Positions 56,183-64,000 of a stretch of 64,000 nt of DNA are shown piece by piece. Location of the stretch: contig JAGOSW010000001.1 of assembly GCA_018062135.1 (NCBI GenBank), forward strand, positions 3,210 to 67,209, written 5' to 3'. The stretch comes from Candidatus Woesebacteria bacterium. Its GTDB lineage: Bacteria; Patescibacteriota; Microgenomatia; UBA1406; HO2-37-13b. The position numbers were made by a program, and so were the translations under genes. Below the pieces are notes generated by a model that saw nothing but the letters and a program-made list of their open reading frames with translations, searched no databases and was not told the DNA's origin. How positions within the stretch are numbered: the stretch's first letter is position 1; each line of letters begins with the position of its first letter.

Positions 56183-57724
56183 TTATATTGCTGGCTGGTC
56201 TACACAAACTCCCGAAATAGGTGGTATGACACAAGCTGGCAGATCTCCTCCTGGCGGCGGATTGCCTGGTGGGTTGCCAGGAGGATTTCCCGGCGGATTT
56301 CCTGGTGGGTTACCTTCGGTACAAGTGATTCTAATTCGCTTAGTACAGCTCTTGGCATTTCCACATTTCAGTCTAACGTCGTAACTTCCACCATCAGGAT
56401 ACTTATAAAAATGGTCTTCACCATCAGGTGTTCCTATGATCTGATCTATTCCATTCTCAGCACCTCTGAAATCATCATCATATCCTAATTCGCCACCGTT
56501 CTGGCCAGTGTAAGACTTAAAATGAGTTTCAGCATTGATTCGTGGACAACTATTTTGTGGTACCACATAACATTCTTGATCAGGATCAACATCAGGATAG
56601 TTTCCATCTGGGTCACCTGGGCAGCCATCATTTGGATTATCAGGATCATCAATTATTTCGGGTGGAATACATTGGCTAGAACAGCAGATGTTTTCTTGAG
56701 GCATGTTTGGACAGACTGGTCTATTTTCTGGATCATCCTTAAATTCTACGTTTACTTTATAACAACGACATTGATCACCGCGAGCTTGATGGAGACGGAA
56801 CCTAGCTCCTTCGTTATAATCTTCCCCTGCCTTTATGAGCGCCTCAGCACATTTTATACTGCTTCCATAGCGATCAAAGTAACTATCACTGTCATCAGTA
56901 TTAAGTGGAATAGGGGTAAGATCTGGCTGGCCAAAACACGAATCATTATTATATGCTCTAAACTCAATCTTTTTTATATCAGCACAACTCATGGTTTTGC
57001 CACATTCGCCTAAAAATTCAATTGTAAGTCGACCAATTATAAGATCTTTTATATCAGGGCTTTTTACATTTGGTGGTGTTAATGTTGGTTGTTGTGCATC
57101 TTTTGGTTCTTCATAATCGAGTTTTACTTCAACCTTTGTACAGTCTTTACATGTAGGTCCTGAACCACCTCCTGGACCGTCAGGACCAGTAGGGCCAGTG
57201 GGGCCACCTGGACCATCGGGAGGAGGAGTAGTACCACCTGATGGAGTATCGCCATCCGGCGGAGTACATACTAAAGAGGTGTTTTTTGTGTCGGTTGCAG
57301 TTTTGCTTCCACATGCATTTGTTACTGTTGCAGTAACTTTAACATCACATGTATATGTGCCTGTAAATTGAACTTCAACACTCTCCTGAATGTTCGTGGA
57401 AGGTTCTGTAGGGATAATCTCTCTTTCTCCCGAAGTAGCTGAGTATAAACCAGTTGTGCCATCAGAATTCGAAGTACTATCCGTTGAGCTGGAAACAGTA
57501 ACAACATATGTAAAAGGAACAGTACTATCTACTGTAAATTTACAAGTCACCATTTTTAGTACACCAACCGGGCAGCTATTAGCAGCCCTATTACGAATAT
57601 CAATACGGCCACTTACAAGCATGAGCCCTGCAAAAATACCACCGACAATAACAAAAAGAAGCAACATAGCAATTGCTATCTTTTTTGTATCGTATTCTTC
57701 TCTAATTTTATGTAAGTCAAACAT
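56183..57724 (-). CDS. Cys-rich surface/secreted protein with Gly-Pro-rich segment and GNPP x5 repeat
   Basis: Start placed at ATG 57724, directly after the upstream stop (the track has 57754). TM segment IAIAMLLLFVIVGGIFAGLMLV. Many Cys. Confidence 0.7.
   Translation of the reverse strand: MFDLHKIREEYDTKKIAIAMLLLFVIVGGIFAGLMLVSGRIDIRNRAANSCPVGVLKMVTCKFTVDSTVPFTYVVTVSSSTDSTSNSDGTTGLYSATSGEREIIPTEPSTNIQESVEVQFTGTYTCDVKVTATVTNACGSKTATDTKNTSLVCTPPDGDTPSGGTTPPPDGPGGPTGPTGPDGPGGGSGPTCKDCTKVEVKLDYEEPKDAQQPTLTPPNVKSPDIKDLIIGRLTIEFLGECGKTMSCADIKKIEFRAYNNDSCFGQPDLTPIPLNTDDSDSYFDRYGSSIKCAEALIKAGEDYNEGARFRLHQARGDQCRCYKVNVEFKDDPENRPVCPNMPQENICCSSQCIPPEIIDDPDNPNDGCPGDPDGNYPDVDPDQECYVVPQNSCPRINAETHFKSYTGQNGGELGYDDDFRGAENGIDQIIGTPDGEDHFYKYPDGGSYDVRLKCGNAKSCTKRIRITCTEGNPPGNPPGNPPGNPPGNPPPGGDLPACVIPPISGVCVDQPAI
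56249..56315 (-). repeat. imperfect 12-nt tandem repeat (x5) encoding GNPPGNPPGNPPGNPPGNPP
   Basis: The plus strand reads cctggcggcgga ttgcctggtggg ttgccaggagga tttcccggcgga tttcctggtggg. Confidence 0.7.
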
Positions 57725-57725
57725 A

Positions 57726-58175
57726 TTATTGTGGTACTTGTGAACTACACCCATCTGGACAAATTATTTGGATATTACTAATATTTATCGTCGGTTCTTC
57801 TGGAAGAGGGCACACTGACGGGGTAGGCGTAAGAGATGGCTCATTCACGGGTGTCGTTGGTATCGGTCCTTCGGTAATGACCGGTTCTGGCGACGGTGGT
57901 AGTATAACGGTAATATTTTTACAGCAAACTTGAATGCTTGAGTTGTCGCCACCTGTGCCAGTATCTCCTCCGATAATATTAACAAGTTGCTTGTCAGTAC
58001 CTAAACATGAAGCTTGATCAGTGACAAACCCTCCATCGATTTGGCATTGTTGCGCACCGTCAGCAAGTTGTGCTTTCGTTCCAGACTGTTGTGGCTTGCT
58101 AACTGTTAGTACAGAGATTACCAATAGCAAGATAAGTACGACTAATCCAGAAAGAATAACAGGTTTACTTTTCAT
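57726..58175 (-). CDS. small Cys-containing secreted protein, N-terminal anchor
   Basis: A 149-aa ORF with TM segment VILSGLVVLILLLVISVLT and a Pro-rich linker plus C-terminal Cys motif. Confidence 0.6.
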   Translation of the reverse strand: MKSKPVILSGLVVLILLLVISVLTVSKPQQSGTKAQLADGAQQCQIDGGFVTDQASCLGTDKQLVNIIGGDTGTGGDNSSIQVCCKNITVILPPSPEPVITEGPIPTTPVNEPSLTPTPSVCPLPEEPTINISNIQIICPDGCSSQVPQ

Positions 58176-58250
58176 AATAAAAACATACAGCTCAACGCCT
58201 TTAGATACATATTAGTATGTTGCAGAAATAAGTGCAAGTTTAACTCTAGT

Positions 58251-58997
58251 TTAGAGAATTAATCCTAACGTTATGACAATAAATCCGACAAGAATAACAG
58301 AAAGTACTGGCAGCGAAGCTATTCCACCAGTTGTTGGTAGTGTTGGATTTGAAGCCGCCTTTGGTGTAGATGTTGCTTGACCAGGCTTTGGTGTATTTGT
58401 TGCATTGACAATGATTATGTCTGTTGGTGTTGGCGTTTTGCTTGGTGTAACGTTTGGTGGGAGCGTTGGGCTCGGTCCTGTAGTTGGTGTTACCGTTGGA
58501 GAAAGTACGCCGGTGGGTGTTATTGATGGAGTAAGGGTACTTATTGGTGTTGGACTAGAAATGAGTGTTGGCTGTGGTGAAGATGAACATGAAGCCGACT
58601 TTTCATCACTGGTCGTACCACAATCATTATTAGCGACAACGGTACAAGTATAGGTTGTGCCAGATTCTGGAGTGTGGGTCACGGTTATTTTATCTGTACC
58701 CGAGCTTGCTGGAATATCGCCTTCTTTTACTATCGTGCCGTCACCCTCTTTAATGCTGTAATGATATGAAACACCTGGTTCACGGGTCCATTTACAAATA
58801 AAGCCATTCGCTGGACAGTTTGGTCCAGAAAGCGGGACACCTTCACCTTCATCTGCTCGCTTCGCGGGATTCTGAACTTGGTTTACAAGAAAATAACCCA
58901 CAATCATTGCCACGAGTGTGAAAGCAAGGATTGCCAGGATTGCCCCTGTCTTTTTATTTAAACCTGTACTGGATTCTATGGTGTGTGCTGCTTTCAT
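58251..58997 (-). CDS. surface protein: Cys-bracketed Ig/FN3-like module, Pro/Thr linker, LPTTG sorting signal
   Basis: The C-terminus NPTLPTTGGIASLPVLSVILVGFIVITLGLIL. The module CKWTREPGVSYHY...TYTCTVVANNDCG is paralogous to modules in 54958-56181. Confidence 0.75.
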   Translation of the reverse strand: MKAAHTIESSTGLNKKTGAILAILAFTLVAMIVGYFLVNQVQNPAKRADEGEGVPLSGPNCPANGFICKWTREPGVSYHYSIKEGDGTIVKEGDIPASSGTDKITVTHTPESGTTYTCTVVANNDCGTTSDEKSASCSSSPQPTLISSPTPISTLTPSITPTGVLSPTVTPTTGPSPTLPPNVTPSKTPTPTDIIIVNATNTPKPGQATSTPKAASNPTLPTTGGIASLPVLSVILVGFIVITLGLIL

Positions 58998-59776
58998 TGT
59001 GTTATTGCTTCTCCATCACATAGGAGACATTGGACTTCTATATCAAGTTTTGGTTTTACACATGCTACTGGTGTCGGCGATGGGGTAACAGTGACGGTTA
59101 CACCCGGCTTTGGTTTACAACAATATAGGTTATTCGCACATTTTCCAGCCGGGTTAGCTGCTGGCGGTGGTGTTTCGCATTCATTTAAGGGAATGCATTG
59201 GTTTGGATTTGGGCAAGTTGCAATAGGTGCGATGGTTGGAGTCGGTGTTGGCGCTTCAGAACAAGATACCCATTGGCCATCTCGATAGCGTAATAATTGA
59301 AATTTAGACTCAGAGCGACATTCCCAGCACGTACCATCACTACAAGGATTGCCTTTTGGTTTACATTCTCCATCGGCAGGAGCCTTACATCCTTTGCCAT
59401 CATAACCACTCTCCCATGGGCAACAACCAGCAGTGCATACCATTCCAATCTGATCAAGACGTGCTTTATACTTCGCCCCGTCATTACAAGATAACAATTG
59501 GATACTTGCATCATCTGAAAATGTGCTTACCTCATCGGATCCTTCTTCAGGTAACGGGCTAGGTTGACTTACTGGAGTGCTTGGCGTCATAGATTCTTGA
59601 GGCGCTGGTTTAACAGATGAATTATTAAGATAGAAGAGTACGCCCAATATAAGCGCCACCATAACAAGAAGCCCAAGAATTATGAGGGCAACTTTATTTT
59701 TAGCAGTAAATGAAGATTCCCTTTTCGGAATTACATCATCTGGCAAAGGTGTGAAATGTGTTGGATTATCAGCCAT
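58994..59776 (-). CDS. Cys-rich secreted protein, N-terminal anchor
   Basis: A 260-aa ORF with more than 20 Cys and TPTPT linkers. Overlaps the next gene by 4 nt. Confidence 0.7.
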   Translation of the reverse strand: MADNPTHFTPLPDDVIPKRESSFTAKNKVALIILGLLVMVALILGVLFYLNNSSVKPAPQESMTPSTPVSQPSPLPEEGSDEVSTFSDDASIQLLSCNDGAKYKARLDQIGMVCTAGCCPWESGYDGKGCKAPADGECKPKGNPCSDGTCWECRSESKFQLLRYRDGQWVSCSEAPTPTPTIAPIATCPNPNQCIPLNECETPPPAANPAGKCANNLYCCKPKPGVTVTVTPSPTPVACVKPKLDIEVQCLLCDGEAITQ

Positions 59777-59818
59777 ATCGATATACTATTGTGCTGAAAT
59801 TTCTTTCGTAATGCAAGC

Positions 59819-60712
59819 TTACATAAAAAGTCTTTTCTGTTTCACATATAGTGTCATAAGATTGGCGGTAAGAATAGTAGTTATAAAAGGCTCTGCAACA
59901 AACCGAATTAATATTGTCGAATATGCGAATAAAGCAGCCCCAGATAAAAGGCCAATAACCACGTGTTGAGTGGGCAGCGCCGGGGAGGTTTTTGGCTCAG
60001 GAATCATTATGAGTGCAAGGAATGCGACTGAATTGAAGAATGCCTGAGTAACGATTTGGATTGTTTCAGCAGGCTGTTGTGATACGACTATATTGTAGGT
60101 AAAAAAGCAGAAAATATACGTCAGGAAAAAAGTTGCAGCATAATTAAATTTTCTAAATGCCCGAGTAAAGTAGAGGCAACCTAATAATAAGATTGATGCA
60201 ACAGCGATATTAAGAATTGGTACATGCGAAAGAAACTGTTGTTGCATATCGGCGCCCCACCAAGAGATAAGTAATGAGTCGGGTGCAAGTTTTAGGGCGT
60301 ACAATGCCTTGCTTACATAAAGCGCAAAGAAAAGTCCAAATGCAGTTGGATTGAATATGGGCAGATTCATAAACTTAAAAAAATATTTTCCGATGAAAAT
60401 GCCGACAAAGGCCAGGATAAACATCAACGGTGGATTTGTCGGATGAATAAGGAGATACACAAGTATGGAGCTAATGCCAATGTTAAATGGATTGACTGTC
60501 TGAATCTTTAACACATATCGCGCGATGTAGTAAGAAAGAAATCCTAAGCCGCCGCATAGAGCAAAGTTAACAAATAGCGCAGTTTTTTCCTGCGGTTTTT
60601 GTGCGCCAACATAGAGATCCCACGTGGATATTGCCATAAATGCTAGAAGAAAAAGGAAAAATTGGAAGAGAGGATTCTTAACATTGGCGAACTTTTTTAT
60701 CTCCGACAACAT
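59819..60712 (-). CDS. RnfD/NqrB-family-like integral membrane protein
   Basis: LLIHPTNPP......IFNPTAFG and IMIPEPKTSP, which corresponds to the FMxTDPVTSP flavinylation region of RnfD/NqrB. Confidence 0.7.
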   Translation of the reverse strand: MLSEIKKFANVKNPLFQFFLFLLAFMAISTWDLYVGAQKPQEKTALFVNFALCGGLGFLSYYIARYVLKIQTVNPFNIGISSILVYLLIHPTNPPLMFILAFVGIFIGKYFFKFMNLPIFNPTAFGLFFALYVSKALYALKLAPDSLLISWWGADMQQQFLSHVPILNIAVASILLLGCLYFTRAFRKFNYAATFFLTYIFCFFTYNIVVSQQPAETIQIVTQAFFNSVAFLALIMIPEPKTSPALPTQHVVIGLLSGAALFAYSTILIRFVAEPFITTILTANLMTLYVKQKRLFM

Positions 60713-60761
60713 ATAGTTTTGTGTATAATAACGTTACTTACAATTTTACACATAATTGATC

Positions 60762-61205
60762 ATGAATAGTAAAAATCTCGCAATGGGCCTCATCGTTCTT
60801 GCCGTAATAGCCTTAGCCGTATTTACATTAGGAAGTAAGCCAACAACTCAAAAAACCGAAACCCCTACACCAACAACAGCCGAAGTGCAGGTTGATGCAA
60901 AAACCGAATACAAAGATGGCACATATGAAGCAATAGGCAACTATACCTCACCAGCTCAGAAGGAGGAGGTTGCTATTTCACTTACCCTAAAAGATGGCTT
61001 GGTAACAGACGCAACATTTGAAGGAAAAGGAGTCCATGAAATATCAAAAAAAATGCAAGGAAAATTTAAAGAAGGCTTTACAGAAGAAGTTGTTGGAAAA
61101 CCGCTTGACGAAATTGCGCTTACTGTTGTAAACGGCTCTTCTTTAACTCCAAAAGGATTTATGGAAGCGGTAGAAAAGATAAAGGTAGAAGCCCAACAGT
61201 CATAA
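60762..61205 (+). CDS. FMN-binding domain protein, membrane-anchored/extracytoplasmic
   Basis: YKDGTYEA...Y.....V...L..G.I and C-terminal VVNGSSLTPKGF, which resembles the D.xSGAT flavinylation site. ATG at 60762. Confidence 0.65.
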   Translation: MNSKNLAMGLIVLAVIALAVFTLGSKPTTQKTETPTPTTAEVQVDAKTEYKDGTYEAIGNYTSPAQKEEVAISLTLKDGLVTDATFEGKGVHEISKKMQGKFKEGFTEEVVGKPLDEIALTVVNGSSLTPKGFMEAVEKIKVEAQQS

Positions 61206-61206
61206 A

Positions 61207-62079
61207 ATGGCCGATCTGGAATGTTCATTCGATTCGATGGGAACATCCTGGCATATTACAGTCTGGGATGATATCCCCGAACCGACATTTAGAGCCTTAG
61301 AGCAAACTATTCGTGCATACTGTTCTATATTTGATCATACATATTCACGTTTCATTAAAGACTCTTTTATATCACAACTTGCCGATAAAACAGGTGTGCA
61401 AGAGGTTCCTCCAGATTTCACACAGATTTTAAGAATGTACGAAGATTTATTTAAAGCGTCGGGTGAAAAGTTCACGCCACTCGTCGGAAATACTTTGAGT
61501 GATATGGGTTACGATGCGACCTATTCTTTACAGCGAAAAAAGTCAGTCCGACCTGTTCCACATTTCCTAAAAACAATCGCAATCATTGATGATCGACATA
61601 TTGATATAACTGAGAAAGTCACAATTGACATTGGTGCAATTGGAAAAGGTTTTGCCGTAGATGCGCTCGCAAACATTTTAGAATTAAGAGGAGTAACTCA
61701 CTATTTAGTAGATGGAAGTGGTGATATTCGTTATAGAGGACCAGGTCCTATAAAGGTCGGACTTGAGCATCCGCTAGACGTAAAGAAGGTAATTGGAAGT
61801 ATCGATTTTAGTTCTGGAGCAATGTGCGGCTCTGCGACAAATAGACGTTCGTGGCAAGGCCAACACCATATTATCGATCCACATACTATGTCGTCTACAA
61901 CGGACATTATCGCAGCGTGGGTTATTGCTGATACAGCGGCTCTTGCAGACGGACTTTCAACTGCATTATTTCTCTGTACTCCAGAACAATGTGAAAAAGA
62001 TTTTTCTTTTGAGTATTTGCTGTTGAATAAAGACCTAAAAGTAAAGAGATCTGCTGGTTTTAATGCTGAGCTGTATTAA
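61207..62079 (+). CDS. apbE: FAD:protein FMN transferase (ApbE family)
   Basis: MGTSWHITVWD, DIGAIGKGFAVD and HHIIDPHT motifs. Confidence 0.88.
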   Translation: MADLECSFDSMGTSWHITVWDDIPEPTFRALEQTIRAYCSIFDHTYSRFIKDSFISQLADKTGVQEVPPDFTQILRMYEDLFKASGEKFTPLVGNTLSDMGYDATYSLQRKKSVRPVPHFLKTIAIIDDRHIDITEKVTIDIGAIGKGFAVDALANILELRGVTHYLVDGSGDIRYRGPGPIKVGLEHPLDVKKVIGSIDFSSGAMCGSATNRRSWQGQHHIIDPHTMSSTTDIIAAWVIADTAALADGLSTALFLCTPEQCEKDFSFEYLLLNKDLKVKRSAGFNAELY

Positions 62080-62097
62080 AACTTGTATAATCGATGT

Positions 62098-62640
62098 ATG
62101 CGATATGTATCGTTCATAATAATCATTATTCTAGTGTTCGCTGGGTTAATGTATTACTTTTCATACGGAAGACTCCACAATAAGATCGAACCACGTCTTA
62201 ATATTACCTATCAAAACAGACCAACTTTAAGGTCGGATGTAAACATCATTAATGAACCCACAGGTGAATTGCCTTTAGAAGCCGAATCAGGAGGACAATG
62301 TGCGAATCTACCAAAGAAGCAAGATGTTCATGCACTTTATGTAAAGAGCGTTGCTAAAGATTGCGGCGCCTTGAATGATAATGAAGCTGTTATGGATGAA
62401 GCTGAATCAAAAAATGTTTTGAGATGCCTAGAAAATAGTATTACTGCTGGTCAATGCAGTAATAATAAAGCGTTTTTTACATTGCAGGGTTTTGAAGGAG
62501 CATCAGAAATATTTTTAGAATCGAAAGACTGCCTTTTAAATATAAAGAAATGGTCAACAACATCGCCATCTTGTGGATATTCTGAAGAATCTTGCGAAAA
62601 TATATCAGAAAAGTTTCCGTTCACTCTATGCGATATATAA
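62098..62640 (+). CDS. hypothetical membrane-anchored Cys-containing protein
   Basis: TATAAT at 62086-62091 lies 6 nt before ATG 62098. N-terminal TM. 8 Cys. Confidence 0.5.
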   Translation: MRYVSFIIIIILVFAGLMYYFSYGRLHNKIEPRLNITYQNRPTLRSDVNIINEPTGELPLEAESGGQCANLPKKQDVHALYVKSVAKDCGALNDNEAVMDEAESKNVLRCLENSITAGQCSNNKAFFTLQGFEGASEIFLESKDCLLNIKKWSTTSPSCGYSEESCENISEKFPFTLCDI

Positions 62641-62669
62641 AGATCATCATTGCCCAAATTCTTGGATAC

Positions 62670-63467
62670 ATGGTTTCTGTATTTTTAATCCAGAACGTAT
62701 TTTTGGGTCCCGTTCCAACAGTGCGCGCCGAATTTATTCATGAAGTGCAAGCGTTTCCATCGACGGCGCGCGAATATGTAGTGGCGATGCCTGCAAAATT
62801 AAAGAATATTGTATCGGGCATAAAGGCGAAAAAAGAACGTGCCTCTAAGACGCCGCCGCCTTGGGTTTTTGAACCTTTGCCAGGCGAAGTTATCCCTACG
62901 ACTTCAGGCCGATATACCGGTCCAACGAGAGGTCCGAGAGAACCGAGTCCCTTGCCAACAAATCGCCCAGGCGAACAGGTTCCTCCTTCTCAGCCAGGAC
63001 AACCTCAACCCACAGAACAACCGGAGCGAATTCAGCCAACGCGCGCACCGCAGCCAACGCGGCCGCCGGCGCAGCCTACGTCTGCCCCGGCTAATCCTTC
63101 TGCACTCGAACAAGAAATGTTGACGATAATTAATCAGCGCCGCAAGGCGGCCGGACTACAAGAGATGTCTCTTGATGGTCGTCTAACTGATGCATCTCGT
63201 GGGCATAGTCAATACATGTCTGGCGGCAGAGGGCGATGTGGACATGTTGGCGCGAGCGGTTCGTCTCCTTTTGATCGCGCCAAAACCGCAGGATATAATG
63301 GCCAAGTTATTGGCGAAACAGTTGCGTGCGGCTATACCAGCGCCCAAGCGGCTGTCGATGGATGGTGGTCAAGCCCGCCACATAAAGCTATTCTTATGAG
63401 CCAAAACGGCCGCCAGATCGGATTGGGGTGGTCGAATAATTACCAAACCGCACTCGTTGCGCGATAA
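62670..63467 (+). CDS. CAP/SCP (YkwD-like) domain protein with Pro-rich linker
   Basis: Start moved to ATG 62670. C-terminal domain NQRRKAAGL...HSQYM...GE..A.G......V.GW..S..H...IL. Confidence 0.82.
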   Translation: MVSVFLIQNVFLGPVPTVRAEFIHEVQAFPSTAREYVVAMPAKLKNIVSGIKAKKERASKTPPPWVFEPLPGEVIPTTSGRYTGPTRGPREPSPLPTNRPGEQVPPSQPGQPQPTEQPERIQPTRAPQPTRPPAQPTSAPANPSALEQEMLTIINQRRKAAGLQEMSLDGRLTDASRGHSQYMSGGRGRCGHVGASGSSPFDRAKTAGYNGQVIGETVACGYTSAQAAVDGWWSSPPHKAILMSQNGRQIGLGWSNNYQTALVAR

Positions 63468-63504
63468 CTAACGAACTAACGACTCTAATTTAGTACTATA
63501 TAGT

Positions 63505-64000
63505 ATGCAAAATATTGAACACTTGAACGCAATAACCCGCCGTCTACGCGTGCATATTTTAGAATCGACCACAAAAGCCGGCTCTGGCCATCTAACCTCA
63601 TCACTATCCGCCGTAGAATTAATGACTGTCTTAATGTTCGGCGGTTATTTTCGCTACTTTATCGATAATCCAAAGCATCCAAACAATGATCGCCTCATTT
63701 TCTCAAAAGGCCATGCATCGCCTCTTTTCTACAGTCTTTGGGCAACTTCAGGTGCTTTTCCAGCAGAAGAATTATTAACACTTCGTGAATTTGGCAGTCG
63801 ACTTGAAGGGCACCCTACGAACGCATTCCCCTATACCGAAGTGCCGACTGGATCGCTTGGACAAGGTCTTTCAATAGGCCTCGGCATGGCTCTAAATGCC
63901 CAGTACTTAGATAAACTTCCTTACAAAACATATGTGCTTCTTGGCGATAGCGAGCTCGCAGAAGGCTCTAATTGGGAAGCAATGGAAGTTGCAGCTTATT
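63505..64000 (+). CDS. tkt: transketolase, N-terminal (TPP-binding) part; CDS runs off the window
   Basis: Not in the ORF track because there is no stop in the window. Manual translation gives MQNIEHLNAITRRLRVHILESTTKAGSGHLTSSLSAVELM...GHAS...LEGHP...GSLGQGLSIGLGMA...LLGDSELAEGSNWEA. Confidence 0.9.
   Translation, partial: MQNIEHLNAITRRLRVHILESTTKAGSGHLTSSLSAVELMTVLMFGGYFRYFIDNPKHPNNDRLIFSKGHASPLFYSLWATSGAFPAEELLTLREFGSRLEGHPTNAFPYTEVPTGSLGQGLSIGLGMALNAQYLDKLPYKTYVLLGDSELAEGSNWEAMEVAAY

Noticed and set aside
54958-59776. A sortase or pilin-assembly gene expected next to the LPxTG proteins.
   Set aside because: No ORF in the window shows the sortase TLxTC signature. It is recorded as absent from this window and is not evidence about the rest of the genome.
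1-64000. Alternative genetic code (UGA recoding, as in SR1/Gracilibacteria).
   Set aside because: Conserved genes (glmS, typA, purA, secD and others) are full length and uninterrupted under the standard code, and UGA is used as a stop (for example at the 19294-19869 / secD junction).

Overview
The window looks like a stretch of a small, AT-rich genome (by eye about 40% G+C, not computed) using the standard code 11. Gene content fits a Candidate Phyla Radiation / Patescibacteria-type bacterium: DUF4012, DUF3048, a stand-alone 5S rRNA, many small membrane proteins, and many genes with a -10 box directly next to the start codon. Most of the window is housekeeping: yidD (partial), trmD, comF, comM/yifB, an S1-like protein, 5S rRNA, glmS with its ribozyme, gap, rplY, secDF, cyclophilin, cca, recJ, aspS, a DD-carboxypeptidase, an ABC-2 exporter, gltX, purF, era, tRNA-Gln, a two-component system, purA, dsbB, typA, a deaminase and tkt (partial). 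Five things stand out. (1) Two sharply bounded high-GC segments (31981-32326 and about 49735-50745) carry ORFs with Actinobacteria-like G/C-ending codons. The larger one encodes a secreted protein and is bracketed by a perfect 17-bp inverted repeat. (2) A tRNA-Gln-linked islet contains a degenerate copy of the tRNA 3' end, three unrecognisable ORFs and a Pif1-family helicase with an N-terminal hydrophobic anchor. (3) A five-gene operon encodes Cys-rich, Pro/Thr-linker surface proteins, two of them with LPxTG-type sorting signals. (4) That operon sits directly downstream of an RnfD-like gene and divergent from an FMN-binding protein and an ApbE flavin transferase. (5) Smaller items include an orphan P450, a glmS ribozyme, an AspRS lacking the GAD insertion, an unannotated small RHH ORF and phased ACTGTAT repeats. 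All homology calls come from motif recognition by eye. No searches or computations were run.
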